Source of the DNA: Octopus sinensis
Lineage: Eukaryota
Direction: 5' to 3'
DNA: 64,000 bases
Assembly (NCBI RefSeq): GCF_006345805.1
Contig: NC_042997.1
Coordinates: forward strand, 50,468,001-50,532,000
Positions within the stretch are counted from its first letter, which is position 1; every line of letters starts with the position of its first letter. Positions 1 to 14,552 of the stretch are shown piece after piece. Both the position numbers and the translations under genes were made by a program. Under the pieces are notes generated by a model, which was not told the origin of the DNA, ran no database searches, and was given only the letters and a program-made list of their open reading frames with translations.

Positions 1-430
1 GTTACTGTTCTATTTAAAGCATTCTGTTTGTTTCCTCTCCATAATCTACCTGTGTGGATGGCCACGTAAAAAGAAACGGAAAGCGCATGTACGCGCGCGC
101 GCATCGCATGCAGTCCACACAAGGCCATACGCTGATACATGTTGGTTCGTGTGTCTGTGTGTGTATGTGTGGGGGTGGGTGTGCGTGCGAGCGTATGTGT
201 TTGTGTATGTGTTTGTGTTCGCCTCAACATAGAATCGTGTGTATGTATATATATATATATGTATATATATATATGGTTATATATATATATATATATATAT
301 ATTAATCAGCCGAAATTACTACGATGATCCGTTCTTGACTGAAGACTGAGGGGTTCGAATGTCTGTCCATGTGTATTGTATCGTCTTCTAAGAGTTATAC
401 GTTCTTGTCCATGTTGTATTTTTCTACATA

Positions 431-490
431 CTTAATATATATATATAGATATATATTATATATATATATTATATATAATATATATATATA

Positions 491-531
<41 letters not shown>

Positions 532-870
532 TCTATATATATATATATTTGTACCGTATGGTTCCATATATTTACCGATTTGCCCTTTCCAATGTGGAAG
601 AACTGCTGGATAAGAGTTGATGAGGAAACTACGAAGATCTCCCTAAAAACAGGATCTCCCGGAAACAAGGGAGAAAATCATGTCTGTGTGTGAGTGTGTA
701 TGTATGTATGTATGTTTGTGTGTATGTACGTATGTGTGTATATATGCATGTGTGTGTGTATGTATGTATGTATGTATGTATGGAGTATGTATGTATGTAT
801 GTATGTATGTATGTATGTATGTATGTATGTATATGTTTGTGTGTATGTGTGTATGTATGTGTGTAAGTAT
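431..870. repeat. (TA)n tract and (TATG)n tract separated by unique sequence
   Basis: Direct reading: (TA)n about 433-545, (TGTA)n about 680-865. Confidence 0.9.
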
Positions 871-1970
871 AAGTACAAAGTGAGTGGGTGGGTGAGAGCC
901 ACGCAACAATAATCCCAGTTTGCGGGGTAAGCTTCTTGCTTCTGGTCTATTAGCTTAGATACCAGCTTAGATGAGGGTCGCAGTAAAGCAGAACCGAATG
1001 GAATGGATAAATCCAATATTTCGTATAAGACAGAGAGAGAGAGAGAGCGAGAGAGAAAGAAAGAGAGAGCGATAGTAAGTGAGTGAATGAGTGAATGAGA
1101 GAGAGAGAAGAAACGAAGGAGAGTGAAAGAGAAATATCGAGTAAAAATCCTCAATATGTACCAGTAATTTACGTGTGTCAGTTGATTCAAAAAGCGATAT
1201 AGCTTTTTATTCCATTTACAAAAACGGGTTTGTCCTTACCAAAGGACTCCCAACCATTTTCGTTATTATCGTTGTTGTTGTTGTTGTGTAGAATGTTCAT
1301 TAAAATTTACGATGTTGTTATTAGGTTCGTTTCCTTCTTTCTTCGAATCGTTTTTGTTGTTTTGTTTTATGCGAACAGCTTGCTTCTTTTCATCTTCTTC
1401 CTGTTTCAATCCTATTTCTATTTTTCTTTCTTTTTCTCTTCCCCTCTCTGCTCTGTCTTTCTCTCTTTCTCTCTCTCTCTCTCTTCATCTCATTCTCTCT
1501 TTCTCGTTTGTAGACGTTTCACTGATATTTGTATTCCTACACTTATGAATATTAATGAGCTCCAAACACTATATATTCACATCTCGCAAGCCAGTTGTAG
1601 CTTTTTTCTAGAAAGCAGTCGCAGTATAGTGTCGGACGAAACAGAAGCACACAAGTCGGTCAATGCTGTAAATACTTTGTACTTTTTTACCGAAAACAGA
1701 AGGGGGCGACAGAGTTGTGTGATTTGCTCTTACGAACCACCAAAACGAAAAAAAAAAACAGACACTAACAACACCAATTGTACTACTACTATTACCAAAA
1801 CAATCATATAACTTTCAATCAGAAATTTTAATATATACATATATATATAACATATATATATATGATATATATATACGATATATATCTACACATACAATAT
1901 CATAAATACTCAACACAGCTGGAAACATACTTAAACAGCTTTTTAAAAAAAAAACCATTCGCTCTACATT

Positions 1971-1981
1971 ACAAGGTAAGT
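1971..1981 (+). promoter_or_regulatory. Candidate 5' splice donor (ACAAG|GTAAGT) of a non-coding first exon, possibly of Tob
   Basis: Perfect AG|GTAAGT consensus in a CpG-retaining region; the Tob coding exon starts at an acceptor so an upstream exon must exist. The link to Tob is inference. Confidence 0.35.
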
Positions 1982-2224
1982 TGGCAAAAAAAAAAATTGA
2001 AGACGTACGGAAGGTGTGAAATGTTTGTAAAATACGGACATCAAAATATATTTAAGCAAGCGCACACGTACACATACTTGCGAAAGGTGAAGAATTTAAG
2101 GGATGCGCCACATATATACACGCATTTCGGAACATCGCGAAAAAAGGAAAGAAAAAAAAAACCTCTTCATTTTCTTATGATATCGCATAAGTTTAGGAGT
2201 TCACCATTCTGTATGTGTATATGA

Positions 2225-2276
2225 TTATATATATAATATATATTCATATATATATATCATATATATAATATAATAT

Positions 2277-2327
<51 letters not shown>

Positions 2328-2387
2328 TATATATATATAGTATATATATATATATATATATATAGTATATATATATATATAGTATAT

Positions 2388-2437
<50 letters not shown>

Positions 2438-3084
2438 TATATATATATATATAATAGTCTATAATATATATATATATCTATATAGTAAATATATATATAT
2501 AATAGTATATATATATATATATATATAATATATATTATATATATATATATGTATGTATATACATACGTGTGACATATGCATGTATGTATATCAAAAGGAG
2601 TGTCACTGAATCGATTCTCAAACTGTTTGTATTGTCCTGTCAGCTGTCTCTCATCCTGTTGATATGTACAATTCCCGTTAGCGATCTATAATCCAGTTGA
2701 TATATATATATATATACATATATGTGTGGGTGTGTGTGTTTGTGTATTTATATGTATGTATATGTGTGTATGTCTATATATGTATATATATATATGTGTG
2801 TATGTGTAGATATGTATATATATATGTATGTATATATATATGTGTATATATGTATGTGTATATGTGTATGTATATATATATATGTGTATATATGTATGTG
2901 TATATATGTATGTGTATATATGTATATATGTATATATACATGTATATATATGTATGTGTATGTATGTATGTGTATATATGTATATATACATGTATATATA
3001 TGTATGTGTATGTATGTATGTGTATATATGTATGTATATATATATGTATGTGTATATATGTATGTATATGTATGTATGTATATG

Positions 3085-3130
<46 letters not shown>

Positions 3131-3414
3131 TATATGCATGTATATATGTATATGCATGTATATATGTATATGCATGTATATATGTATATGTATATATATG
3201 TATGTATATATGTATATATATGTATATATATATATATATATGCATGTATATATGTATATGTATATATGTATGTATATATATATATATATATACATGTATG
3301 TATATGTGTATATATCTATGTATATACATGTATGTATATGTGTATATATCTATGTATATATATGTATGTATATGTGTATATATCTATGTATATATATGTA
3401 TGTATATGTGTATA

Positions 3415-3445
<31 letters not shown>

Positions 3446-3610
3446 GTGTATGTATATGTATACATACATGTATGTGAACGTATATATATGTTTGAATATA
3501 TATATGTATATATATATGTGTGTGTTTATATGTATGTGCATGTGTATATATATGTACGTATATGCATATATATATATATATGTATATATATGTGTGTGTG
3601 TGTGTGTATT
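2225..3610. repeat. Compound (TA)n/(TATG)n microsatellite arrays
   Basis: (TA)n 2225-2560 and mixed TA/TG array 2697-3610. Confidence 0.95.
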
Positions 3611-4111
3611 CGCACCTCGCACGCATTTCCTATTTCAACATTTCCTTCTCATTTACACGTTTGCAAGTGCCCTTTATCAGACTCTCTCTATGTGCGTGTG
3701 TGTGCATATGCTCGCGCGTGTGTGTGTGCATATGCTCGCGCGTGTGTGCAGATGTTGTAGTACAGGTCAATGGCCGAAGCTAATCAATAATAGGTGAGAA
3801 TACATTAAACTGCAAACTCATGATATTCCTTTTAATATATGATAATTTTGTTGTTTTTCCTTCTTTTTTTTTTCTACCCGATTTGAAATCTAGCAAATAG
3901 AAGCAGATAATTATTCCTGTTGCTAAGTGTTGGGTGTATCGCTTCTTGCTTTCGCACATCGGGACTGATTCCTCAGTAGCACCAGAAACTGCGTTGCCGT
4001 TTTAAAATGGAACTAAGTTCGTCTGACACTCACTTTCTCCTCTCTCTTTTCGCTTCTCCCGTCTCTTTTTTCCCGTTGTCTCCTTTGATCTTTCTCTTCT
4101 CTCTCTCCCTT

Positions 4112-4113
<2 letters not shown>

Positions 4114-4158
<45 letters not shown>

Positions 4159-4386
4159 GTCTATCTGTCTATCTATCTATCTGTCTATCTGTCTATCTGT
4201 CTATCTATCTATCTATCTATCTGTCTATCTGTCTATCTGTCTATCTGTCTATCTATCTATCTGTCTATCTGTCTATCTATCTATCTGTCTATCTATCTAT
4301 CTGTCTATCTATCTGTCTGTTTATCTATCTGTCTATCTATCTATCTGTCTATCTATCTGTCTTATCTATCTATCTATCTATCTGTC

Positions 4387-4450
<64 letters not shown>

Positions 4451-4452
4451 AT
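4114..4452. repeat. (TCTA)n/(TCTG)n tetranucleotide microsatellite
   Basis: Direct reading; includes TCTG and TCTTA variant units. Confidence 0.95.
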
Positions 4453-4587
4453 CTGTATATATGAATATCAGGGTAAAAAAGGGGGCGAAAAGGGTTTTTC
4501 TTTTTTTAATCCGGACATATTTTTCAAAAAGAAACGTAAAAACATTATTTAAATGAATATTCTTCAACAACTACACTGTATGTGTGC

Positions 4588-4636
<49 letters not shown>

Positions 4637-4830
4637 GAAACACGGAAATCTTACTCAAGTTTTTGAAGATTTCATTTTCGTCCGTTTTTCTCCTCTTTTT
4701 CACACCCACCCACACACGCACATATTACACTCGATCATTCCTTCTCTAGTTTTGGTTTTTTTCTTTTGTTTTTGGATTCTGGCAATATCTCGCCTCTTCT
4801 CGATCTCACTGGAGTTTTTTCGCATTATCT

Positions 4831-4895
<65 letters not shown>

Positions 4896-5217
4896 TTGGT
4901 GTGCGTGCGTGTGATCATATGTAGCTCTGCTGCTTGATCAGGGTTGAACTTGGGCCCAGATGCTGCCATATATGCATATCTATGTGTGTAGGTGTGTATT
5001 TGTGTGTATGTGTCTGCGTAAAGACACGCACACACACACACATGTATGTATGTATGTATGGGCGGATATGGCGGACCATCACCACACCCCCTCCTCTTTT
5101 TTCTCTTACACATGTCCGCCTGTGTGTGCATATGTATGTATATGCATATATATATATATATATTATACATATGTATGTATATTTATATGTATGTGTATAT
5201 ATATATGTGTGTGTGTG

Positions 5218-5253
<36 letters not shown>

Positions 5254-5366
5254 TCCATGCAGTCAACCTCAGTCTCGACCATTTAAATTCTCGTTATTTC
5301 TTCTAAGAGAAAGAGAGAAGAGAAGGGTAAAATAAACAACAAAATAAAAAATATAAGATATATATA

Positions 5367-5399
<33 letters not shown>

Positions 5400-5548
5400 C
5401 AAAAAAAAAGCAAGATTATTTGCGGGGGAAGAATATGTATGATCAGCTGACGAAGCAGAATGGGCCAAGACAGTCTCTCTCTCTCTTTCTCTCCCCTTCT
5501 CTCTCTCTCACACACACACGCTCTCACGCTAACATGTATTCATACCAT

Positions 5549-5586
<38 letters not shown>

Positions 5587-6124
5587 ATGTGTGTGTGTGC
5601 CTACATATATATAGAGAGAGAGACACATATATACACACGCACACAGATTCACCTACACACACACATGGACACACTCACGCACACAGACATACACATTGGC
5701 ACGTAAAATAGAGAAAGGCGCAGTTTAGAAACAAGATGTACGGTGTGTGATGGTCGACGAGTCTGCAGAATTGATGCAGAGTGGAGATGCTTTCCTTACC
5801 GTTTCTTTTTCTGCCAACATTTTCGCCTCTGGAAACAGAAATTTGCGTGGGCGACCTTTTGGCTGTTTCTTTCTTTCTTTTAGATTTGTATATATCTCAT
5901 CGCCATATGGTACAACATGAGTTGCAAAAGTCTTAACTCTTTCTTGAAATTCTTTCGATGTTTCTATTATTCCAACCGAACGGACAAATATACAACTACA
6001 TATATACATTTGTGTGTGTGTGTGTGTTTCTAAGAGTCTGTAACCTAGAAACAACCGTCTTTCGCTGGAATCTAGAGGCATCAACTATCTAAATGATTAT
6101 GTGTGTATATATATATATATATGT

Positions 6125-6395
6125 AGGTCCCGGGTTGATTCGGGGTTAACCACAGTAAATAAGGTACTCAATACATAGCAGAGTAAAATTAATTTATTAT
6201 ATAGAAGGAGCTTCTACAGGACTAGAACTGTTTCATTCAAGAGAAATCTTCAGGAAGCTAGTTAACAAGAATTGTATGGGCATTTATACATTTAGGCAGG
6301 TTTAAAGGGGTGGTGGTGGGGGACTTTTTGGGGGTAGGCATAGCGCAAAATATCATACTTGGGGGAGTGGTCAAGGAGTCAGTGGTAAATTAGAT
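6125..6395 (-). mobile_element. Probable Penelope-like element pseudo-LTR fragment
   Basis: On the minus strand: C-rich tract, GTATAAAT, then a hammerhead motif; flanked by (TA)n and (TTTA)n. Penelope-like elements are known to carry minimal type-I hammerheads. Confidence 0.5.
6209..6259 (-). ncRNA. Type I hammerhead ribozyme motif
   Basis: Minus strand: AGCUUC-CUGAAGA-u UUC ucuu GAA u-GAAA-CAG uucuaguc CUG-UA-GAAGCU. Stem I 6 bp, stem II 3 bp, stem III 4 bp, intact core, GUA cleavage triplet. Confidence 0.75.
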
Positions 6396-6502
6396 AAAAG
6401 AATAAATAAAAAAATAATAAATAAAAGAATAAATAAAAGAATATATTATATATATATATAATATATATATATATATATAATTTGGATATGTGTACGCATG
6501 TA

Positions 6503-6535
<33 letters not shown>

Positions 6536-6628
6536 ATACACAATTATGTGTGTGTATATATATATACATACACAATTATATGTGTAAGTGTATATATATA
6601 TATATATATATACATACACAATTATATG

Positions 6629-6672
<44 letters not shown>

Positions 6673-6840
6673 AATTAGATGTGTGTATATTCATATACTG
6701 AGGACGTGAGTGTGGGAGGGCGTGATATAAATATCACACGCATATGTGAAAATGCATGTGCCTGCTTGTACATAATACAAAATGTAAGTATATATATATA
6801 TATAGATATACATATATGTATATATATACACACACATACA

Positions 6841-6879
<39 letters not shown>

Positions 6880-6947
6880 GCACTACTTAATGCGCTTGAT
6901 TTTTAATTTAGAAGACTGCAGTGCGAGTTATACACGAGTAAATACAC

Positions 6948-7130
6948 AGTATTTCTAGTTAAGGCAGAAGATCAACAATTTCAAGGGAAGAGGTTTAATC
7001 GATGCCATTGACTGCAGTTCTTACAGTAAAACTGTGTTCTCAGAAACGTGGAAGGAGAAAAAGAGTAAGGTAACCTCGTCGAAATTCGAACCTCAGAACG
7101 TAATTAACCAGAAACCAGAAGAAATGTAGC
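6948..7130 (-). mobile_element. Degenerate tRNA-derived SINE (family A)
   Basis: GAAATTCGAACCTCAGAACGTA is the reverse B-box region; similar to copies at 47644 and 51947. Confidence 0.5.
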
Positions 7131-7605
7131 TCTAAAACGATTTTCTCTTGAAAAGCTATATACATGCATAGATATGTGTGTGTCCTAGTGTATCACTCGC
7201 CTTCAAAATCAGTTGCCTTTTGCTCCCAAATAACATTTATTTTCTATATCACGAAATTCTTCCAATAGATTCTAATTGCCTCTTGTAGTATTGAACAGCC
7301 TATAATCAAAGGTGTTCCAGTCTTGAGCAACACACGCTGGGGCACGGGCGCGCGTGCGAACACACACGCACAGACGCGCACACAAACACGCGTGAGTGTG
7401 TGTGTAGATAGATAGATAGACTGACTAACAGATATGTATGTAAAAATATATACACACACGTACATATATATATACATACATATATGCATACATACATGTA
7501 TATATATATATACTTATACATATATACATACATATATACACACATATATATACATATATATATATATATTATATATATATATATATGCATATATACATAT
7601 ATACA

Positions 7606-7733
7606 TCTATTCACAAGGCTTTGGTCGGCCCGAGGCGGCTATATATAGAAGACACTTGCCCTAGGTACTACACAGTGGGACTGAACCCTGAACCATGTGG
7701 TTGGTAAGCAAGCTACTTACAACACAGCCACTC
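7606..7733 (-). mobile_element. tRNA-derived SINE 5' half (family B, CORE-like)
   Basis: Matches the head of the full copies at 16709 and 20019. Confidence 0.8.
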
Positions 7734-7756
7734 CATGCATATATATATATATATAA

Positions 7757-7805
<49 letters not shown>

Positions 7806-8917
7806 ATATAAACACACACATATATATATATACACACACACAGTAGTCTGCATACGTTTTTGTGACCTGGATACAATCTTTTTTGCTTAAGGAACACGAG
7901 ATCCTTAACTACATTTTGGATTTTGGTCAATTGTGATCCTTCGATTTAAAATCTTGTACAGCACCCAGACCTAAGGGCCCCAAACATTTCCGCTACTTAT
8001 TATATGCTTCTTGCATTTTAGAGGATTTTCCTACGGATCTCAGGTTTTTAAAAAGTTTGTCCACCCATCAAATTTCAAACTGAGAAACTCAGCAGACAGT
8101 ACCTCAGGACTACTTTTGCCAAGCCATAACTTGGAAACGCTAACCTTTTATGTCACGATGCTCCGATCGGAAATGGGAGATTTAAGGTTCACACTAGCCA
8201 ACCCAACCTCCTTTCTTCAGTTTTTCTTTTTCTTTTAACACACTCTTGACTATAATATTGGAGAGATGTATAGACATATATTTTACTCTACAGTAGAATG
8301 GATGACTATGTTTGGTGCTTGACCGTTTGGAAATCATTCATCTAGGGCAACATTAACAAGCGAATTCGTCTTTTTTTTTTTTGTTTGTTACTAAGGCAAC
8401 AGTGTGATTTTGAGACATATTTGGTTGCTATTTCTAGCAGTTTAGTCGGCCACCTAGAGGCTCCCTTCTTTGCTCGTTGTTACTTTTTTACTTTGATGTG
8501 GTGTCGGTGGCAGTAAATGAAAGAATAACATTTTGTCCGACCTGTCTACCTGTCTGGACGTGTTGGACAACATCTTGTCAAGAAAATTTACTTATCTATA
8601 AATCGACGCGGGTGGGATGCTTGTCTCACACGCGCGCACCTAGGATTGATGGATAGTTACGGATGCACACAGATACTTCAATATACGAAAGGGAGAGGAG
8701 AGAGAGAGTGTGTGTGTGTTAGTAGTAACATATTGATATGAAGTGGATGTTTCTCGAATTTTATCAGGTGTTAATGCGTTGACGTGTATATACGTGTATA
8801 AACGTGTGCGTGTGTATGTGTCTAATCTCTCTCTGCATACTCACACACACACACACACACTCACACACACACACACAAGAGGAGGTAAAGAATACGCACA
8901 CCACCCGTTTTTGGTGT

Positions 8918-9003
8918 AACCCTACCCTAACTTACATATATACTAGTACCTTTGTAACCCATGCCAGCATGGAAAACGGACGTTAAATGATGATGACGAT
9001 GAT
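8918..9003 (+). mobile_element. RTE-type 3' tail fragment
   Basis: ACCCATGCCAGCATGGAAAACGGACGTTAAATGATGATG matches the tails at 22300 and 29570. Confidence 0.6.
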
Positions 9004-9639
9004 TGAGTGTGTGTGTGTATTATCGGTCGATATACAGTTTAAGACCCGTATTATCTATGTATGTATGCATGCATGTATATACGTGTATATGGTATGCATG
9101 CATGCCTTCACGTATATAGCCGTAACGGAGATTTCGATTGAGGTTTTCCCACTTATTAAAATGGATCCACCATTCGTCTTCTATTTTCGCACAAGACACA
9201 AAATTAAAATATTACATAAGACAGTAAATATATTTGCACGGAAGCGCGCTGACTTTCGTCCGAATCCCACCACTTCATCACGTGTGTGTGTGTGTGTTGG
9301 TGGGTATTACGAATGGGCGCACGTGCATGTCTACATGTATGCCAGTGTGTCTACGTGTTCATGTGTACTTTATCGCGTTTGATTCTCGAATTAATATTTT
9401 TATCAAATACGCTGAGATGTTCCTCCTCTTCTCTTCTCTCTCATTCACTAAACTGGTTACATAATTTTGGCTAACTATCAAGTCTGCTTATGAACTGCTA
9501 TTACATTATTATTAGAATTTTTGTTGAGGCTCATGTCACAGTGAAATGGCACCATTTTCTTCAGGAATTAAAACATGCCAGTGAGTGGGTCTTGATAATA
9601 GATTTTATCAGTTTATAATATTAAATATCAAGCAATATT

Positions 9640-9648
9640 ACGTTACAT

Positions 9649-9684
<36 letters not shown>

Positions 9685-9714
9685 CAAAATGAGCAACAAG
9701 GATATCCAGAGGTA

Positions 9715-9750
<36 letters not shown>

Positions 9751-9906
9751 CATATATATGTATACATATATATATACATATATATATATATACATATATA
9801 CATACATGCATAGATAAATATATATACATATATATATATATACATATATACATACATGCATAGATAAATATACATATATACATATATACATACATACACA
9901 CACACA

Positions 9907-9947
<41 letters not shown>

Positions 9948-10000
9948 CTATTTCATATTTCCTCCAGTTGAGTATTGTTAGAGAACATCATTATTGCAAA

Positions 10001-10036
<36 letters not shown>

Positions 10037-10403
10037 CATCATCATTATCACCATCACCATCATTGACATCATCTATTATGTATGGTTGTCTGTCTGCATC
10101 AGCATACAAGATGTTATTTCTAGTTGAAGCCAGTTCTCACTCACCTTTCTCTATCTGATCCCATATCGAAAATGTATCTACCTTTATGCCATAACATTGG
10201 CTTTCTCTCAAAAGCCAAAAGCGCATGGTCTCATAGATATTTAGAACATTGCCTCACTGCTTTCCTTTCATATATATATATACACACACACACACATATA
10301 TATACACACACACACATATATACACACACACACATACACATATATACACACACATACGCACACACATATATATACATATATATATACACTCATACATATT
10401 TAG

Positions 10404-10462
<59 letters not shown>

Positions 10463-10750
10463 CACACATATATATACATATATACATATATATATATACA
10501 CATATATATACATATATTATATACATACATATAAAATATAAACACACATATATATATATACACACATATATATACACACCTACATATATGCACATATATA
10601 TATATATACACACATATATGCACATATATATATATATATATACACACATATATATACATATATATATATACACATATATACACACATATATAAATATATA
10701 TACACATATATATACACATATATACATACATTATATAATACACACACACA

Positions 10751-10797
<47 letters not shown>

Positions 10798-10850
10798 CAA
10801 ATATACATACATATGTATATACAAATATATATACATATATATACACGTAG
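9640..10850. repeat. (TA/CA)n compound arrays plus (ATT)n/(ATC)n tract
   Basis: Direct reading: 9640-9950, 9995-10060, 10270-10850. Confidence 0.9.
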
Positions 10851-11316
10851 CACGGAAAACAGACATTAAATGATGATGATCATGCATATATATGTGTATG
10901 TGTGTGTAGAATATGTTTCCCTGAGAGTCCATAAGACCAAAACACCAGTTGCTTTCACCAGTTAGCTTTAAGAACTAAATCCACTCCAATGCTCATCTCA
11001 AATATTTGTGCAACAGTTTTAGTCAACTGAGCTTATTGGAGTTATTTCCCTTATTTCTTGCTTCAATAATTTAAACCTCCATCCTAAAGAAAATGTGTGT
11101 CACGTAATTGCTTGAAATAATCAAAGATGATTGAAGTTTTATGACATATAAGTTTCTTCTGTTAAAGAGGTGTGTCATATCTGTGAGTCAAGTTTAATTC
11201 TCATGCAGTTCAGACAAACATATTCATGCTGCTAAGCACCTTGACCAAAATATCTTGTGTCTTGAAAAAATTATTATTACCTTCCTCTAAAAATTTGAGT
11301 TCAAATCCTACCAGTA

Positions 11317-11572
11317 TCATCATCATCATCGTTTAACGTCCGTTTTCCGCGCTAGCACGGGTTGGACGGTTCGACCGGGGTCTGGGAAGCCAGGGGCTGC
11401 TCCAGGCTCCAGTCTAATCTGGCAGAGTTTCTACGGCTGGATGCCCTTCCTAATGCCAACCACTCCATGAGTGTAGTGGGTGCTTTTTACGTGCCAGGGG
11501 GTGTCCGGCATCAGCCACGATCGGTTGGAGCTTTTAACGTGCCAGCGGCACGGAAGCCAACCAAGGCGGCGC
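11317..11572 (-). mobile_element. RTE-tail retroposon (LINE 3' end or SINE sharing it)
   Basis: Reverse of GGCGTTAGGAAGGGCATCCAGC...ACGTTAAACGATGATGATG, as at 22122 and 29400. Confidence 0.8.
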
Positions 11573-11956
11573 TTATCCAGTTAGCCTATTTATTCCTCCC
11601 AGGTCTCTATGCAGGGCTTCCTTCTAACTTCTGGACTTGTGTCAACATAACAAATCATCATCACCATTATCAATCATTATTCATTTATTTACTTATTTAT
11701 TAGTTTACATTTTCCTTCCCCCTTTTTTTTCCTTTTATTGTTGTTCTAAAAGAGGACTGATTAACCTTGAGCCTAATTTGAACTCAGTGGTAGCTATGAC
11801 TCTACTGTTTGCCATTTGTACTCAGAGACTCTCTTTGGCTGGTGACAGTGTGATTAGTGGGACGGTGTGGAGGAGGAGGAGATTAGCTAATTGTTTCCTG
11901 TAGCCTTATAAGTCAATCAATTAAGAACCTGAAAAAGAAATAAACAAATAATTAAG

Positions 11957-11996
<40 letters not shown>

Positions 11997-12870
11997 TTCT
12001 GTCTGTTTGTTTATACTACTACTACCTTTGGAAACTTTTCTCTTCCAAGAAAATAATTTGATGTCTGTTCATTTATTTAGTTGTATAGGTTTTGTTTTAA
12101 AAAACAACAAGGAACAAAAGTAACATTACAAGTCTGTTCTAAATGAGTATATATATATGTATATATATACATACACATCTATGTTAGTGTGTGTGTGTAT
12201 ATGTATATACTTCTATGAATGCATTATATATATGTATGTGTGAGTGCATATATATATGAGTGTGTGTGTGTGTGTGTGATGAAAATGATTTCATTTATTT
12301 TATAATAGTTTTTATTTACTTTTCTACAAGGCAACTCATTTGGGGGTAGGAGAATATTTGAGTGGGTTAATTTGAGCCTGGTATTGACCTTGGAGACTTG
12401 TAATCTGAAAAAGATTCTGCTAGCTCACTGCCTTAGAATTCTCATATTGTCCCAGGGCTAGATATTTGATAGAGAGGGAACAATCATATATATTTAAAGT
12501 TAGAAAGGAAAGACCTGGAAGAAATGCTGCTAACAATTATGTCTGACGCTTATGATTCTGTCAGCTTACAACCCTACCATTTTATAAATAATAACATACA
12601 TTTTGGCTTAGCTATGAGTTAGTTTTCACAGCCTCTTCTGTTGTCTCGTTCAATTCTCTTAAAGCATTGGCAACTGCCAGGGTATCTTCAGGGTCTCTCA
12701 AAATCAGGAGCACAATACTGAAGCTCAGTTCACATGACTGGTAAAGGAGTTGAACACAGCTCCTCCTCCTCCTCCCCAAAGCATTTGTAGTTCTGCATTG
12801 TTCCATCAATCTAGAACTTGTAAACATTCAAGAAAGATGCTTTTGAATATTGTTCATTGTCTGTAAGTTT

Positions 12871-13210
12871 GAAGATGCATGGTTCAGAGGTGAGAGTGTT
12901 GGGCTCACTTTCATGACGTTGTGAGTTCAATTCCCAGACGAGGCTGTGTATTGTGTTCTTGAGCAAGACACTTTATTTCATGTTGCTCCAGTTCACTCAA
13001 CTGTAGAAATGAGTTGCGACATCACTGGTGCTATCAGCCTTTGTCTTTCCCTAGGATAACATTGGTGGTATGGAGAAGGGAGACTGGTATGCATGGGCGA
13101 CTGATGGTCTTCCATAAACAACCTTGCCCAGACTTGTGCCTCGGAGGGGAACTTTCTTGGTGCAATCCTATGGTCATTCATAACTGAAGGGGGTCTTCGC
13201 CCTTTACCTT
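12871..13210 (+). mobile_element. tRNA-derived SINE (family C)
   Basis: tRNA-like head with GAGTTCAATTCC B box, then TTGAGCAAGACACTTTATTTCATGTTGCTCCAGTTCACTCA shared with the copy at 19712; TTTACC tail. Confidence 0.7.
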
Positions 13211-14212
13211 GTCTGTAAATTTATCCCACAACTCAACAACTCTGTACCTAAAGGAAAGAGTTTTAACCTGTGAAATGACTTCTTTTTTTAATATATGAAT
13301 CAGTAAATGCATCATAAAAGGAATTCTTCTTGTTTTTATCCGTCACCTTCTATTCATCAGTAATATATGCTTATAAATAATCAAAGACTGGAAAGTAGAA
13401 GATTCGGTGCCTATATAAGCCTTTAAAATATTATAGCATAGGTATCACATAGATCCAAAAACAGATCCGTAAGTAAGAATATGACTGCAGTATATAAATA
13501 ATAGAAATTCATATAAATACTAATGAGTGGGTAGGAACACAACTAAAGTACATAAAAGACATAAATTGAGGTGTGAGCAGATATAGCCAAAGTACAGGTG
13601 TGCAGATTGAAGAAGAGAGGAATTAAACATATTCATAAGTATGTTCGTTGGTGTATGATTGAAGTGTTCATAGACTCTAGTGCATGAATTTATGTATGGT
13701 CTTAGTAAACATACTGGTCTGTGGATAGATGCAGTGTCATCTTAAAGCAGGAACACATTGGGTTGATGCCCATGGTTTCTATGGATTTATGGATCCAATG
13801 CTAATGTCTGTGTGCAGTGGCTTGCCATCAATAAAGGAATATTTTAGGCTCCAGTGCATTACATTGTCTGGAAACCAATGTTACCAAAATGGCCTTGGGT
13901 AGATGGATGGTTTGAAGTATACATACCTATGTGTGCATTGATGTATGGCTGTAGTAAATACATTGGTGGTGAATATACACGAATGTTTTATTGAAGTAAA
14001 TGCCAATGAATGCATAGAGTACAACTGTAGTACACAGAGATATTTATATGATTAAGATACATTTCGATGTCTGGACAAGGGTGTAATTTAAATATACTTC
14101 TGAATGTCTGACCAGATATCACTGCAGTACACTGGTGTGTGGGCTGTCATACTAGCCACACTCAAGTGTACCCCAGTCCTACCTGGTCAAACATTCATAT
14201 GTGTGTGCTTAA

Positions 14213-14428
14213 CCCTTTAACATTCAAATCGGCCAAATCCAGCCTAAATATTCTATGTGTTTTATGTTCAAGCCAGTCAGATGCAGCCTCTAGCATCTAC
14301 CCTACAATATCTTTTGAAAATTAAGCCATCATATCTTGAAAATCTCAAAGCTAGAATATAATGCATGATTAATTCAAAACACTGAATAAATGAGTTACAT
14401 TTGACAGAGTAATCTGAATGCTAAAGGG
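14213..14428. mobile_element. piggyBac-type MITE
   Basis: TIRs CCCTTTAACATTCA / TGAATGCTAAAGGG (1 mismatch) flanked by TTAA and TCAA, a decayed TTAA target duplication. Confidence 0.75.
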
Positions 14429-14552
14429 TCAAATCACACAGCTTTCCAAACATCCATGTATACTATATGAGTGAAGTATATACAGACACTGATATGCAGG
14501 AATCCCTACTATTATAATACTGGGATGTGACCAGCTATGACTAGAGTACAAG

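Noticed and set aside
302-430. Possible hammerhead or Penelope end (TCTTGA-CTGAAGA...CGAAT...GTC-TTCTAAGAG)
   Set aside because: GAAA is GAAT and stems II and III do not pair convincingly; at most a decayed relic.
1230-1811. 193-aa ORF starting at TTG
   Set aside because: Built from (GTT)n, CT-rich and poly-A low-complexity sequence; no recognisable domain.
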